The translations under genes and the position numbers were made by a program. Of a stretch of 64,000 nucleotides of DNA, positions 51,591 through 63,962 are shown piece after piece. The stretch comes from Octopus bimaculoides. Its lineage: Eukaryota. The notes below the pieces were generated by a model that worked only from the letters and a program-made list of their open reading frames with translations, was not told the origin of the DNA and did no database searches. The stretch covers positions 25,992,735-26,056,734 of the forward strand of contig NC_068984.1 in assembly GCF_001194135.2 (NCBI RefSeq). Reading direction: 5' to 3'. How positions within the stretch are numbered: the first letter of the stretch is position 1; every line of letters starts with the position of its first letter.

Positions 51591-52776
51591 CAATCAAGGA
51601 CAGGGGTCAATATAATCGACTATACCCAATATTTGGCTTTGTGATTTTGTTTAGAATAATTATTGTAATTGTTGTTGTGGTCGGCGTGGTCGTTCCTGCT
51701 CCTCCTGCTCCTGCTCCTCCTGCTCCTGCTCCTCCTGCTCCTCCTGCTGCTGCTGCACCCCTCCCCCTCCCCTCCCCCTCCCCATCNNNNNNNNNNNNNN
51801 NNNNNNNNNNNNNNNNNNNNNNNNNNNNNNNNNNNNNNNNNNNNNNNNNNNNNNNNNNNNNNNNNNNNNNNNNNNNNNNNNNNNNNNNNNNNNNNNNNNN
51901 NNNNNNNNNNNNNNNNNNNNNNNNNNNNNNNNNNNNNNNNNNNNNNNNNNNNNNNNNNNNNNNNNNNNNNNNNNNNNNNNNNNNNNNNNNNNNNNNNNNN
52001 NNNNNNNNNNNNNNNNNNNNNNNNNNNNNNNNNNNNNNNNNNNNNNNNNNNNNNNNNNNNNNNNNNNNNNNNNNNNNNNNNNNNNNNNNNNNNNNNNNNN
52101 NNNNNNNNNNNNNNNNNNNNNNNNNNNNNNNNNNNNNNNNNNNNNNNNNNNNNNNNNNNNNNNNNNNNNNNNNNNNNNNNNNNNNNNNNNNNNNNNNNNN
52201 NNNNNNNNNNNNNNNNNNNNNNNNNNNNNNNNNNNNNNNNNNNNNNNNNNNNNNNNNNNNNNNNNNNNNNNNNNNNNNNNNNNNNNNNNNNNNNNNNNNN
52301 NNNNNNNNNNNNNNNNNNNNNNNNNNNNNNNNNNNNNNNNNNNNNNNNNNNNNNNNNNNNNNNNNNNNNNNNNNNNNNNNNNNNNNNNNNNNNNNNNNNN
52401 NNNNNNNNNNNNNNNNNNNNNNNNNNNNNNNNNNNNNNNNNNNNNNNNNNNNNNNNNNNNNNNNNNNNNNNNNNNNNNNNNNNNNNNNNNNNNNNNNNNN
52501 NNNNNNNNNNNNNNNNNNNNNNNNNNNNNNNNNNNNNNNNNNNNNNNNNNNNNNNNNNNNNNNNNNNNNNNNNNNNNNNNNNNNNNNNNNNNNNNNNNNN
52601 NNNNNNNNNNNNNNNNNNNNNNNNNNNNNNNNNNNNNNNNNNNNNNNNNNNNNNNNNNNNNNNNNNNNNNNNNNNNNNNNNNNNNNNNNNNNNNNNNNNN
52701 NNNNNNNNNNNNNNNNNNNNNNNNNNNNNNNNNNNNNNNNNNNNNNNNNNNNNNNNNNNNNNNNNNNNNNNNNNNN

Positions 52777-52826
<50 letters not shown>

Positions 52827-53302
52827 ACATTGTTTCTCTGTACCTAGTTTTACTCCTGGCATTTATCGTCTCGAGGTTATAGTAGGAAAATCTCGCCCAC
52901 ATTCTCGTGCCAATATTACTGACATCTTTTAGGGAGAATCTCCAGCTCAGTATGACAGCTAGAATATGTCGTTCTATGGGACTATGATTTCAACTCTAGC
53001 CATATGCATCTTTTCTCTCATATGAAAACATGTAATTAAGATTTGATAATTCTTTATCAACGTATTTGTGAAATAAGAGAACAATTTTATAACTAGATTA
53101 TGTTATCAATTTCATTTATAGTTAAAATTGTTTGCTTCTTAAAGTAACAAAAATAGATAACAACTGTCGAGGTAGAAGTGGTGACAAAGGTATAACAGCG
53201 TCTACAGTTTTCAAAACTGTTACCCCCTCAGAGTGCACGTTCAATACTACCAATGTGAACTTTTACATTACCATAAGAAACAAATATCTCACGTATATAT
53301 CT

Positions 53303-53671
53303 CACGACTGATTCCTTAGCTACACTCTCACTTTAGCTTCTATTTATATTTACACACACGCATATACACATTCTTAAAACCAGTGATGGTGACGTGCTGT
53401 AGAATATCGGTTCGACAAATAGATATCGCTAAAATTAAGCACGAGACTGATAAAATAATTACTCCAGTTATTTTGTTCCACTGGTGATGTCTTGGCACGG
53501 CCGCAATCCAATATTTGGCGAAAGACTAATCATAATTTTATATATTTATTTATATTCTTATATTTATAACAATAACCTTAGGATATTTACAAATGTACTT
53601 GACACGACTGATTCCTTAGCTACACTCTCACTTTAGCTTCTATTTATATTTACACACACGCATATACACAT
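53303..53671. repeat. Exact 69-bp direct repeat (53303-53371, 53603-53671) flanking 231 bp
   Basis: CACGACTGATTCCTTAGCTACACTCTCACTTTAGCTTCTATTTATATTTACACACACGCATATACACAT occurs twice, 300 bp apart. Confidence 0.97.
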
Positions 53672-54239
53672 ACTGACATACATAAGTATTAGACGAATAT
53701 CTTTACATTTTTTCTGTACCTGTAGCAAAATAGTTATTTTATGCAGTGAGATATAATTCTGTAGCAAAAGAATTAATTTATCTGCTGAGATACAGTTCAA
53801 AACAACTCACACAAACGCAGATTGATAGATAGATAGACAGATAGACAGATAGCTAAATAAATAGATAGAGAGAGAGAGTAATCAAGTGAGATAACTAAAG
53901 ATGCAGTGACGTCATAGTCTATGCTATGTCTAGATATTTTGCCTTCTCCTCCGTCTTTCTCTAAATCTCTACACTCTTCACTTTCCCCTCTTTCTCTTGC
54001 ATGTTTCTCATTATGTCTATCTCCATCTATATGTCTCTCTCCCCACTCTCACACCCAGCATCTTTTTCCGTTTGAATTACTTCCCTTGGCGTTATGCAAC
54101 ATGGAAGTAGGCAAGGATGTACTTTGTATTAAAAAGAATCAGCCGTGACGCCTGAACGCGTATGGCTTGGTAACATGTACTATTCTACCCTTAGCTTTAG
54201 ACATCTATAAAACCGTGAGCAGATATAGATACCCACTCG

Positions 54240-54420
54240 AAGCTGCCACCCTTGACCCAGCAGCATATCCTGGATGTGACAAGTTGAGTGAGAGGGAGCT
54301 GCACCAATGGTTGGATGGTATTTACTTTTAGCTGAATTGATTGTAGCAACGTGAAATGAAATGCTTTATTCAAGGATACAACGCTACGCCCGGTCCGGAA
54401 ATTGAACCGACAATATTATG
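54240..54420 (-). mobile_element. SINE family C, degraded
   Basis: AGCTGAATTGATTGTAGCAACGTGAAATGAAATG..CAAGGATACAACGC..CCCGGTCCGGAAATTGAACC. Confidence 0.65.
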
Positions 54421-54435
54421 ACTAACTTCGAGGCT

Positions 54436-54436
54436 G

Positions 54437-54512
<76 letters not shown>

Positions 54513-54513
54513 A
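54436..54513. repeat. (CTA)n microsatellite
   Basis: Direct reading. Confidence 0.95.
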
Positions 54514-54535
54514 ACAACATTCACATATTAATAAT

Positions 54536-54749
54536 CCTTTCTCCTATAGATACAAGGCCTGAAAATTTGGAGAAGGGGTCTAGTCGACTACATCGACCCA
54601 GTGCACAACTGGCACCTACTTCATCGACCCAGGTAGGATGGAAAACAAAGTAGACCTCGGCCGCATTTGAACACAGAACGAAGATGGACGAAATGCTGTT
54701 AAGCTTTTTGTCCGGCATGATAACAATTCTGTCAGCTCACTCGTCTTCC
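54536..54749 (-). mobile_element. SINE family A, imperfect TSD
   Basis: Family A body; flanks CACATATTAATAAT / CACATATATTAATAAT. Confidence 0.8.
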
Positions 54750-54784
54750 ACACATATATTAATAATAGATATTAGTGTAAATAA

Positions 54785-54904
<120 letters not shown>

Positions 54905-55069
54905 ACACACACAGAGGAATGTACATACACAGAGACACATACAAACATATATACATAAACGAATGTATACTTGCATTTTGATGTATGAATACTCAGTTCA
55001 TGTAATAGTTTAATTATCCATTCGAAGTCAGGGCTTACCCCTGTATCTGCTACGTTCTTCGCACGTCTT

Positions 55070-55096
55070 ATTTCTTTACTGCCCACAAGGGGCTAG
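55070..55096 (-). mobile_element. 27-bp extreme 5'-truncated SINE A tail with 17-bp TSD
   Basis: ATTTCTTTACTGCCCACAAGGGGCTAG between two exact copies of CGTTCTTCGCACGTCTT (55053-69, 55097-113). Confidence 0.88.
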
Positions 55097-55346
55097 CGTT
55101 CTTCGCACGTCTTTCAAAGAAGTATACGTGTAGTTGTAAATGTAATTCTTCTGGGCGTAGGTGATCCAGTTGACACAGGAATCAATTTCAGTAATGGCTA
55201 AAACTGTAATTTTTTTTAAAGAACGCCTATAAATCTATCTTTTAAATATCGATTTATACAATCGATATATAAAAGGTAGATTGATTGGTGTGCTTTACTA
55301 AAACCACTCAAAATAAAAAAAGAAATCAGGCCTTTTGCTTATAGCA

Positions 55347-55605
55347 CAGTGGCTCTCAACTGGGGTCCACATGACCATTGGGGACCATTTAAGGTTCAGT
55401 TGTCAAAAATAATGTGCACTAAATCGGTTATGCTTCTACAATACTCAAAATATTTTAACAATTTTATAAATGCAATTCCTAATAATATTTAATTATTAAA
55501 GTATAATGGGAATTTTTTAAACATCAGATGGCAATGGAGGGAGTGGCACCAGAGTAAAATAGGAATCAAAGGGATCCACTGGCAAAAAATGGTCGTGAAC
55601 CACTG
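55347..55605. mobile_element. hAT-like MITE, copy 1
   Basis: Ends CAGTGGCTCTCAAC ... GTCGTGAACCACTG resemble MER5/Charlie-type TIRs; interior homologous to 61180-61522. Confidence 0.75.
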
Positions 55606-55814
55606 CAATAGTAGAAAGAACTATCATCATTATGACGTAGTGAATGGGAGAGTCGGTAGAGAGGCAGAAAATGTCGTACTGCGTTTAGTTAACTTCTAAA
55701 GTTCAAACTTCCACTTTGTCCTTCATTGTTCAATGGGTCGATAAAATATGTACCAGAGATATAGTGAGATCGATATAATCAATTATGCCTCCTCTCCCTT
55801 CAAATTGCGGTTTT

Positions 55815-56023
55815 CGGTGAGCTGGCAGAATCGTTAGTATGCTGGAAGACAAACACTTAGCGGTATTTTGCCCGTCACTAAGTTCTGAGTTCAGATTCCG
55901 CCGAGGTCGACTTTGCTTTTCATCCTTTCGGGGTCGATGAAATAAGTACCCGTTAAACACTGGGGTCAATGTATTTGATTTACCTCTCCTCTGAAATTGC
56001 TGGCCTTGTGCCAAAATTTGAGC
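55815..56023 (+). mobile_element. SINE family A (preceded by an older partial copy at ~55680-55805)
   Basis: GGTGAGCTGGCAGAATCGTTAG..GAGTTCAGATTCCGCCGAGGTCGAC..GGCCTTGTGCCAAAATTTGA. Confidence 0.9.
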
Positions 56024-58050
56024 CATTATCATTATCATTGTTGATTTAACTCAGGTTCTGCCACCCACATAAATTCTGGTAGGATTTATGTGGATGGCAA
56101 GTTACTGTCTGTAACCTTAGGTATCTACAAGCTTTCAATAGACTTTCAAGTGCTTAGAACCCTCCATATTTTATGACGTCATGTGATGACAATCGATAAT
56201 TCGTCTATAAAAATGACTTGCAGTCTATAGTTGGTTCCCTTTATGTACTAAGTTCAAACCCCGGCATAATTAATTTTGCATCTCACCTTGATGAGAGTCG
56301 ATGCAATAAGTACTTGGCAAGTACTGGGTTCGATGCAGTCGACAGATTCTTGTCTGGAGTAAAAAACATTGAAAACTACTAAATCAAAAATGACCTGTTT
56401 TATTTCATTAAATTTTAAAATAATTTACAGATTCTCCGTCCGTTTTCTATTTCCATATATTACTCTCTTGCCCCTCCTCAATTCACTCTGAAACATTCTT
56501 CTTAATTTGTATGTTCCTTTTCTTATTCATTTTATTTTACATTTCATCTGCATTTCCATAGGAACAAATACCCACTGTAGATTTTCGGCTAGTATCTCTC
56601 GCCCCCTTATTTTATAGCTTTCAGAAACCTTGACGGGTGAGTGCAAATAAAGGAATAAACGCTGTCAAATTGCAAATATAACTGCCATATTGCATAAAGA
56701 TGTAGCCAGACAATCATTTGTTGAACGTCATGTTGAAGCCAGCTGTGGGCGTTGGTAAAGTGGGCAACTTGCGCAGAACAAGGAGCTTCCATTATACGAG
56801 GTTTATGTTCTCATATATATNNNNNNNNNNNNNNNNNNNNNNNNNNNNNNNNNNNNNNNNNNNNNNNNNNNNNNNNNNNNNNNNNNNNNNNNNNNNNNNN
56901 NNNNNNNNNNNNNNNNNNNNNNNNNNNNNNNNNNNNNNNNNNNNNNNNNNNNNNNNNNNNNNNNNNNNNNNNNNNNNNNNNNNNNNNNNNNNNNNNNNNN
57001 NNNNNNNNNNNNNNNNNNNNNNNNNNNNNNNNNNNNNNNNNNNNNNNNNNNNNNNNNNNNNNNNNNNNNNNNNNNNNNNNNNNNNNNNNNNNNNNNNNNN
57101 NNNNNNNNNNNNNNNNNNNNNNNNNNNNNNNNNNNNNNNNNNNNNNNNNNNNNNNNNNNNNNNNNNNNNNNNNNNNNNNNNNNNNNNNNNNNNNNNNNNN
57201 NNNNNNNNNNNNNNNNNNNNNNNNNNNNNNNNNNNNNNNNNNNNNNNNNNNNNNNNNNNNNNNNNNNNNNNNNNNNNNNNNNNNNNNNNNNNNNNNNNNN
57301 NNNNNNNNNNNNNNNNNNNNNNNNNNNNNNNNNNNNNNNNNNNNNNNNNNNNNNNNNNNNNNNNNNNNNNNNNNNNNNNNNNNNNNNNNNNNNNNNNNNN
57401 NNNNNNNNNNNNNNNNNNNNNNNNNNNNNNNNNNNNNNNNNNNNNNNNNNNNNNNNNNNNNNNNNNNNNNNNNNNNNNNNNNNNNNNNNNNNNNNNNNNN
57501 NNNNNNNNNNNNNNNNNNNNNNNNNNNNNNNNNNNNNNNNNNNNNNNNNNNNNNNNNNNNNNNNNNNNNNNNNNNNNNNNNNNNNNNNNNNNNNNNNNNN
57601 NNNNNNNNNNNNNNNNNNNNNNNNNNNNNNNNNNNNNNNNNNNNNNNNNNNNNNNNNNNNNNNNNNNNNNNNNNNNNNNNNNTATATATATATATATATA
57701 TCCGTGTGTGTGCGCGCTCGCTTGTGTGATAAATTGTTTAGAATTTGGCGGTGATAGAATTTAGTGAACCCGTTAACCAGTTTAAGTGGTGTCTGCAATT
57801 TTGTACTTTGCTAATTAGATCTGTAACATATAAAGGGTCCTTTCACGTCATGTGTTACTTCATGAAATGAAATATATATTTTATATAGTTTTTGTGGAGA
57901 TTATTACCACAGATTTTATCCGCTTTCAAACATAAATATATATTCCAAGGGGGCCGGCTGAAACTTTACATTACCAGATTAAATATATACCTTTTTAGTC
58001 CTTTTGCATTCTAAGTCGAATCTTGAAGATATCGATGTTGATAAAACCAT

Positions 58051-58425
58051 GTTGGCACTCCGTCGCTTACGACGTCGAGAGTTCCGGTTGATGCGATCAA
58101 CGGAACAGCCTGCTCGTGAAATTGACATGCAAGTGGCTGAGCACTCCACGGACACGTGTACACTTAACGTAGTTCTCGGGGATATTCAACGTGACACAGT
58201 GTGACAAGGCTGACCCTTTGAATTACAGGCACAACAGAAACAGGGAGTGAGAGAAAGTTGTGGTGAAAGAGTATAGCAGGGTTCGCCACCATCCTCTGCC
58301 GGAGCCTCGTGGAGGTTTTGGTGTTTTCGCTCAATAAACACTCACAACGCCCGGTCTGGGTATCGAAACCGCGATCCTATGACCGCGAGTCCACTGCCCT
58401 AACCACTGGGCCATTGCGCCTCCAC
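58051..58425 (-). mobile_element. SINE family D, full length, with 12-bp TSD
   Basis: TGATAAAACCAT at 58039-50 and 58426-37; tRNA-like head at the 58425 end. Confidence 0.95.
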
Positions 58426-58651
58426 TGATAAAACCATATATCATAAGCATACAGATATCCATTTATTTAAACATATCGTTTACCTACAAAATTTGACCTC
58501 GACTTCGTCTAAAGAAATCAGTAGTTATTACTCCCAACCAAAAAAACAAAAACAAAAAAAAAAACGAAACAAAACAAGAAGCAGCTTCTACCTTCAGCAT
58601 AAAATTACGGTAGAATACAATATTAAATGTGTTTTTATAACAATGCACAAA

Positions 58652-58688
<37 letters not shown>

Positions 58689-60419
58689 GAATCAAAATTC
58701 AGAAAGAATTTTTGCATCCAGAAATTTGAGCCACTGAAAAGAGAAACAATAAACAATTTCATTTTTTAATTAGAACAACTTTACTTATTTGCAGGAGATA
58801 TGGATTTCACAGCATCCCTTATTCATACTATAAAACTCAACAAGCAACAGTTAATCATGTGTCGAATATTCTCTCAAATTAAAGATGATGGTTGTAAGGA
58901 AATTAAGCGGAAAGTGTAAATAAGTACCAGATATCCTCAGGATAATTATTATGCTTTGTATGTCTCTCTCTCAGTCTCCCGCTCTCTGTCTGTCTGTGTC
59001 TGTCTCTCTGGAGAAGGTGACGGTGAGTCCCTCTTAGCCTTCTCTTTGAATCGATGATCTAGCTACCGTAGTAGATACTATATTTTAAAGGGAAGTTTAA
59101 GTTGAAGGCTTACATTAAAAAAAAAAAAGAATATTCACTTTTTTAAGTGTTTCAATAATAAAACAAAAGTTTCTCAAAAAGTAGTGTGTGTTCTGTATCA
59201 GATAACCTGTGTTTCTTTTCGTTATTAATTTTACGATAAAAATACAACGAAAGTATTGTAAAATACCACTCTATCAACACTGCAATGTAAGTAGAAGTCC
59301 AACGAATTTTCTATCTTTGTATGTTTATCCCATCTCATATCTCAATCTCACTTTAACCAACGTCCATTCAACTGATTATACATTGCAAAAAACACAAAGG
59401 TTCTTCTAACCTAGTTATTAAGCAACAAGAGACTTGCAAAAGAAGGATACACTGATATATTTAGAGAGACACAGAGAAAAGTGAGGAAAGAAGGGAGAAG
59501 GAGAGAGAGAGAGAGAGAAAGAGAGAGTGAGAGAGATATAAGGGAAAGTGATAGATAGGAGGGGGAAGAGCTGAAAAATGCAGGGATATGGTCGAATTCT
59601 AAATTATCTGGAGTGGTTTGGTTTCTTGTCGTTGTTTACTTTTTGATAGTTATGATTGAAGAGACCTATGATTAAAAGCTGTCTAGGCTCAATAACCTTG
59701 TAAAACTGTAAAGTTTTGTGTCTAGAACATCATTGCCCAATATAAACTTTTTTAAGATTTAGGAAGCGACTTAGGAAGGTTTGGATGCTGTTTTTCTTAA
59801 AACATTGAAAAGAAACCGAACATTTCATGAATTTCCTCCAAATTGTGATTATTTCTGTCTTTAGTAAAATGTCTCTCTTCATAGCATGTTTAATTAATAA
59901 ATCACAAGTTATATCATGCTGACGATTTCTAAAAAGAATGAAATAGTAATATACATAATTACCACTGACTAGAAATTTTAAGAGCTTTGTAATAGGTAAA
60001 CAAACAAACAAAAAAAACAAAGATTAAATATGTGAAGTTTATGCATCTTCTTCATTCTTCTTCAATTTCAAATTAAAATTCCTGATCCCATCAAATATTA
60101 TGAAAAACACATCTCTCTTGTAAAAACCTATGACCATGGGGGAACCACAAGTTCAAATCTTACTGCAGTAGACTTTGACTTCCATTCTTGAAGTATTGAT
60201 AACAGAAATACCAGTCACATAATGGGGCAGTGGCAGGGGATATAATTAGTCATGTTTCTCCCACAAAGTTTGTGTCATATTTTTCCATTAGGAAAGACGT
60301 AAGGAAAGACATCTGGAATATGTTGAGGTATGTTGAACTATGGACATCAATCAATAGAAACGTTAACTAATATAACAGCATCTGGAGTAAAATGATGATG
60401 TTGAGGTGGAAGTTATGAT

Positions 60420-60635
60420 AGTTGTTGTTGCTGTTTAGTTCTGGCTCAGCTTTGATCGAACACTCCTTTGATCGAAAATGTTTTACCTTCGATTATCCTG
60501 CATTATATTCAGGTATAGGTTTTTAGAATTACTACATTATGCTATAAAACTTTGATACGTTGGTAGGATGTGATTCAAGGCGAGATTCAGCTGATATTTC
60601 TGCCAGGTCAAGTGAATGCGTAGAGGCTACCTTCT
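60420..60635 (-). mobile_element. Interspersed repeat family E
   Basis: TTTAG..CAGCTTTGATCGA.., ACTACATTAT.., GTAGGATGTGATT..GATTCAGCTGATATTTCTGCCAGGTC..CGTAGAGGC. Confidence 0.65.
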
Positions 60636-60717
60636 ATGGTTCGGACTGTTTATAACATCACTAAAACTGATGAGAACGAGCTTCGTCGAAAAAGCGATCC
60701 TTCAATCAAGGCCTTCC

Positions 60718-60762
<45 letters not shown>

Positions 60763-60830
60763 AAGAAGAAGAAGAAGAAGAAGAAGAAGAAGAAGAAGAA
60801 GAAGAAGAAGAAGAAGAAGAAGATGAAGAA
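60718..60830. repeat. (GTA)n(GAA)n compound microsatellite
   Basis: Direct reading. Confidence 0.95.
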
Positions 60831-61179
60831 GTGATGGTAAAGATACTAGCCGTAAGTTGTGTAGCTCTGGTTCAAAAGGACTATGACCAATATATTCCAA
60901 CCGTGACGAACCTCCCTTTTGCTTTTGGTTTCCTGACAATAGACTACATTATTTAATGCGTCTGTTTAAATTTTAAGTTTTAGAAGGGTGAAGTTTGATA
61001 TAGATTTAGCTGCTATTTCTAGCAGGTCGAGCAAGAGCGTAAAGATACATCCCATACTTTTACGCAAGAGAAACAGGTTTTATTAAATTTTTAGGACTAT
61101 TTTTTAGTGATGGTTAAACTGACATTGAACGGTAAAAATGATTTCATATTTTCTGAACAAATCTTTTATTTTTGTACAT

Positions 61180-61522
61180 CAGTAGTTCTCAGTCGGGGTC
61201 CATACGACTCTTGGAGTTCCATATGACTCTTGAAGTTCCATATGACTCTTGGAGTTCCATATGACTCTTGGAGTTCCATATGACTTTTGGAGTTCCATAT
61301 GACTCTTGGAGTTCCATATGACTCTTGGAGTTCTATATAAGATTTTGTTGTCAAAATTTATGTGCAATAAACTGGTTATATTTCTACAATACACAAAATA
61401 TTTTAACAATTCTAACACAATTCTTGATAATATTTAAACCATCGAATGGTTATTAGGGCCCCAACTTTGAGTAAAATAGGAATCACAAGGGTCCATAGAT
61501 AATAAATGGTTGAGAACCATTG
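61180..61522. mobile_element. hAT-like MITE, copy 2, with internal 19-bp x 7 minisatellite
   Basis: Ends CAGTAGTTCTCA ... GTTGAGAACCATTG; 8-bp flanks TTGTACAT / CTGTAGAT (6/8); CCATATGACTCTTGGAGTT x 7 at 61200-61332. Confidence 0.85.
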
Positions 61523-62462
61523 CTGTAGATAGACGAAGCTAATATGAAAGCAAAACACGTCGGTGTTGATAAAGGTGTTGGTTCTGCTCTCAGAAGTGAT
61601 CCACTTTTTTCATTCGTTTTAATTTTGGCTCTAATACTAAGGCTCATTTAGTTCAGAACATTCTGCCTGATATTAAAATGAGGATGAGTAATTGTAAGAA
61701 AACAATATATTACATCGCTAACTTCCGGCTTACAGTAATTTTGCCATTTTAACTTCCGGTTGATAAGAGCTTTGTCAGCTTATTTAGAATCATTAATGAC
61801 TTTTGTATTAGAAAATTCTTATTAAAAAAAGGAAGCGCTCCTTAATTTGCAAATATCAAATACAATTACTGGAACTAATAATATGGTTTTCCTACGTGTC
61901 AATGAGAAATTGCACTAAGATTATTAAAAGAAAAAAAGAAAAATGAAAAATATAAATGCGAATTATATAGTTTCCTGTGAGTGATCTTGCGTTTTATATA
62001 GTTATGCAATTTGATAGTTCTTTCATAAATATTACATTGACAGTAAGATACTTGCGAATTTACTGAGTTACCTTTTAACAAAACTCCCACATCCCATATT
62101 GGATTTCAAGCGAACGTTATTTCACCCCTATTTAGTTATCTAGACACTTGGAAATTACCTTGTTCATTCACTGGTACAAAATATCGCCGAACCGTTGAAA
62201 TTTAAGGTTCAACGTTAATGTCTCCGAATTTATTTTCGTTTCTACCACCAAAAACTTTGTTTCTGCAACTCTCTTTTAAGCAAATTTAGAATGAAAGTCG
62301 AAAAAATGGGTATTATTGTGTGCGTGTAGACACAGACACAGGCACACACACACGCCACATATGTATATGTATATGTGTTATATCCTAAAATCCATGAGTT
62401 AGAGAAAACTGGCACTCATATATTAAGTAATAGAATAAGTATATTATCTGTTCCCCTCCTCC

Positions 62463-62509
<47 letters not shown>

Positions 62510-62566
62510 CTTCTTCTTCTTCTTCTTCTTCTTCTTCTTCTACTACTTCTTTTTTTCTTCTTCTTC

Positions 62567-62623
<57 letters not shown>

Positions 62624-62633
62624 TTATTATTAT
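62463..62633. repeat. (GTT)n(CTT)n(ATT)n compound microsatellite
   Basis: Direct reading. Confidence 0.95.
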
Positions 62634-63171
62634 TTTGAAAGACTCTCGGATAATTCTTAATTACCGGTTATTCTTCACTGGAAAGCAAACAATAACAGAT
62701 CACCAAAGGTTTCAGGTAGTGCCTTCTCCTGTGACTCAAAGTGACAATACTCTCCTTAGAATGCGAGCTGTACCCAACAATGCTGTCTTCTGGATCACCT
62801 CGAGCCTGACAGCAGCTCGTTATCATTCCCCGGATTACCCAGAAAGTAGCACTCCATTGCATCCACATTCATTTCTTTCGTCCACCTTCTTTTAGAAGTT
62901 GCTTGATGACGACTGGGCCCACGCTGTTCACCCGTGGGGCACCAGCTGGACGAGAGACCTTCACAAGGTGTTCCAGTTTCCTTCAAGCCGTTCTCATTTC
63001 TATTTTTATTTGACATTTCAGCATTCATGATGAGGGTTAGTGAATTTTAGGTTGCACAACCACCAGTATTTTTTTTCCCGTGACTCCCATCACTGACAGG
63101 ATCTCCACCCTAGGATATAGGATTCCTGTAATCCTGGTTTAATTTTTGGAGTTTCCGTCTCCTAGAAGGGG

Positions 63172-63173
<2 letters not shown>
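62634..63173 (-). mobile_element. Internally deleted R4/Dong-like element (5' UTR and N-terminus fused to C-terminus and 3' UTR)
   Basis: ATG at 63028 gives ..RRWTKEMNVDAMECYFLGNP; junction at ~62810-62830; then VRLEVIQKTALLGTARILRRVLSL* (stop 62736-38); (TAA)n on both sides. Confidence 0.8.
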
Positions 63174-63251
<78 letters not shown>

Positions 63252-63708
63252 NNNNNNNNNNNNNNNNNNNNNNNNNNNNNNNNNNNNNNNNNNNNNNNNN
63301 NNNNNNNNNNNNNNNNNNNNNNNNNNNNNNNNNNNNNNNNNNNNNNNNNNNNNNNNNNNNNNNNNNNNNNNNNNNNNNNNNNNNNNNNNNNNNNNNNNNN
63401 NNNNNNNNNNNNNNNNNNNNNNNNNNNNNNNNNNNNNNNNNNNNNNNNNNNNNNNNNNNNNNNNNNNNNNNNNNNNNNNNNNNNNNNNNNNNNNNNNNNN
63501 NNNNNNNNNNNNNNNNNNNNNNNNNNNNNNNNNNNNNNNNNNNNNNNNNNNNNNNNNNNNNNNNNNNNNNNNNNNNNNNNNNNNNNNNNNNNNNNNNNNN
63601 NNNNNNNNNNNNNNNNNNNNNNNNNNNNNNNNNNNNNNNNNNNNNNNNNNNNNNNNNNNNNNNNNNNNNNNNNNNNNNNNNNNNNNNNNNNNNNNNNNNN
63701 NNNNNNNA

Positions 63709-63946
63709 AAGATTCTCCATTTCTTTTAGGGAAACGTTGTCATCTGCTGGTATTGATACATCAATTAGAAAGCATTTTTTTCCTTCATGATCTTTGACAA
63801 CTATATCTGGTCTATTGGCCTTAATTTCTCTATCTGTGTTTATTGGCATATCCCAGAGTATGGTTGCTTTCTCGTTTTCTGTGACCTTTTCTGACATGTG
63901 TTTATACCATCTTTTTTCTGTTGTTATTCCATAGTGTTGGCATAGC
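63709..63946 (-). mobile_element. R4/Dong-like RLE fragment, 5'-truncated, 3' end hidden in a gap
   Basis: KLCQHYGI..KRWYKH..EKVTENEKATILWDMPINTDREIKANRPDIVVKD...CFLIDVSIPADDNVSLKE (PD..D/ExK). Starts directly after (TAA)n, and (TAA)n resumes beyond the gap. Confidence 0.9.
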
Positions 63947-63962
63947 TTATTATTATTATTAA

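Noticed and set aside
60660-60700. CTGATGA-hairpin-GAAA
   Set aside because: Helix II is plausible, but helices III and I cannot form.
61166-61418. ORFs with repeated SHMELQESYGTPRVIW
   Set aside because: Translation of the 19-bp minisatellite within a MITE.
63030-63173. HDV-like ribozyme in the 5' UTR of the R4/Dong-like element
   Set aside because: Some cues exist (AGGGT/ACCCT preceded by CTA), but I could not find a P1 helix. It is unresolved by eye and needs a descriptor search.
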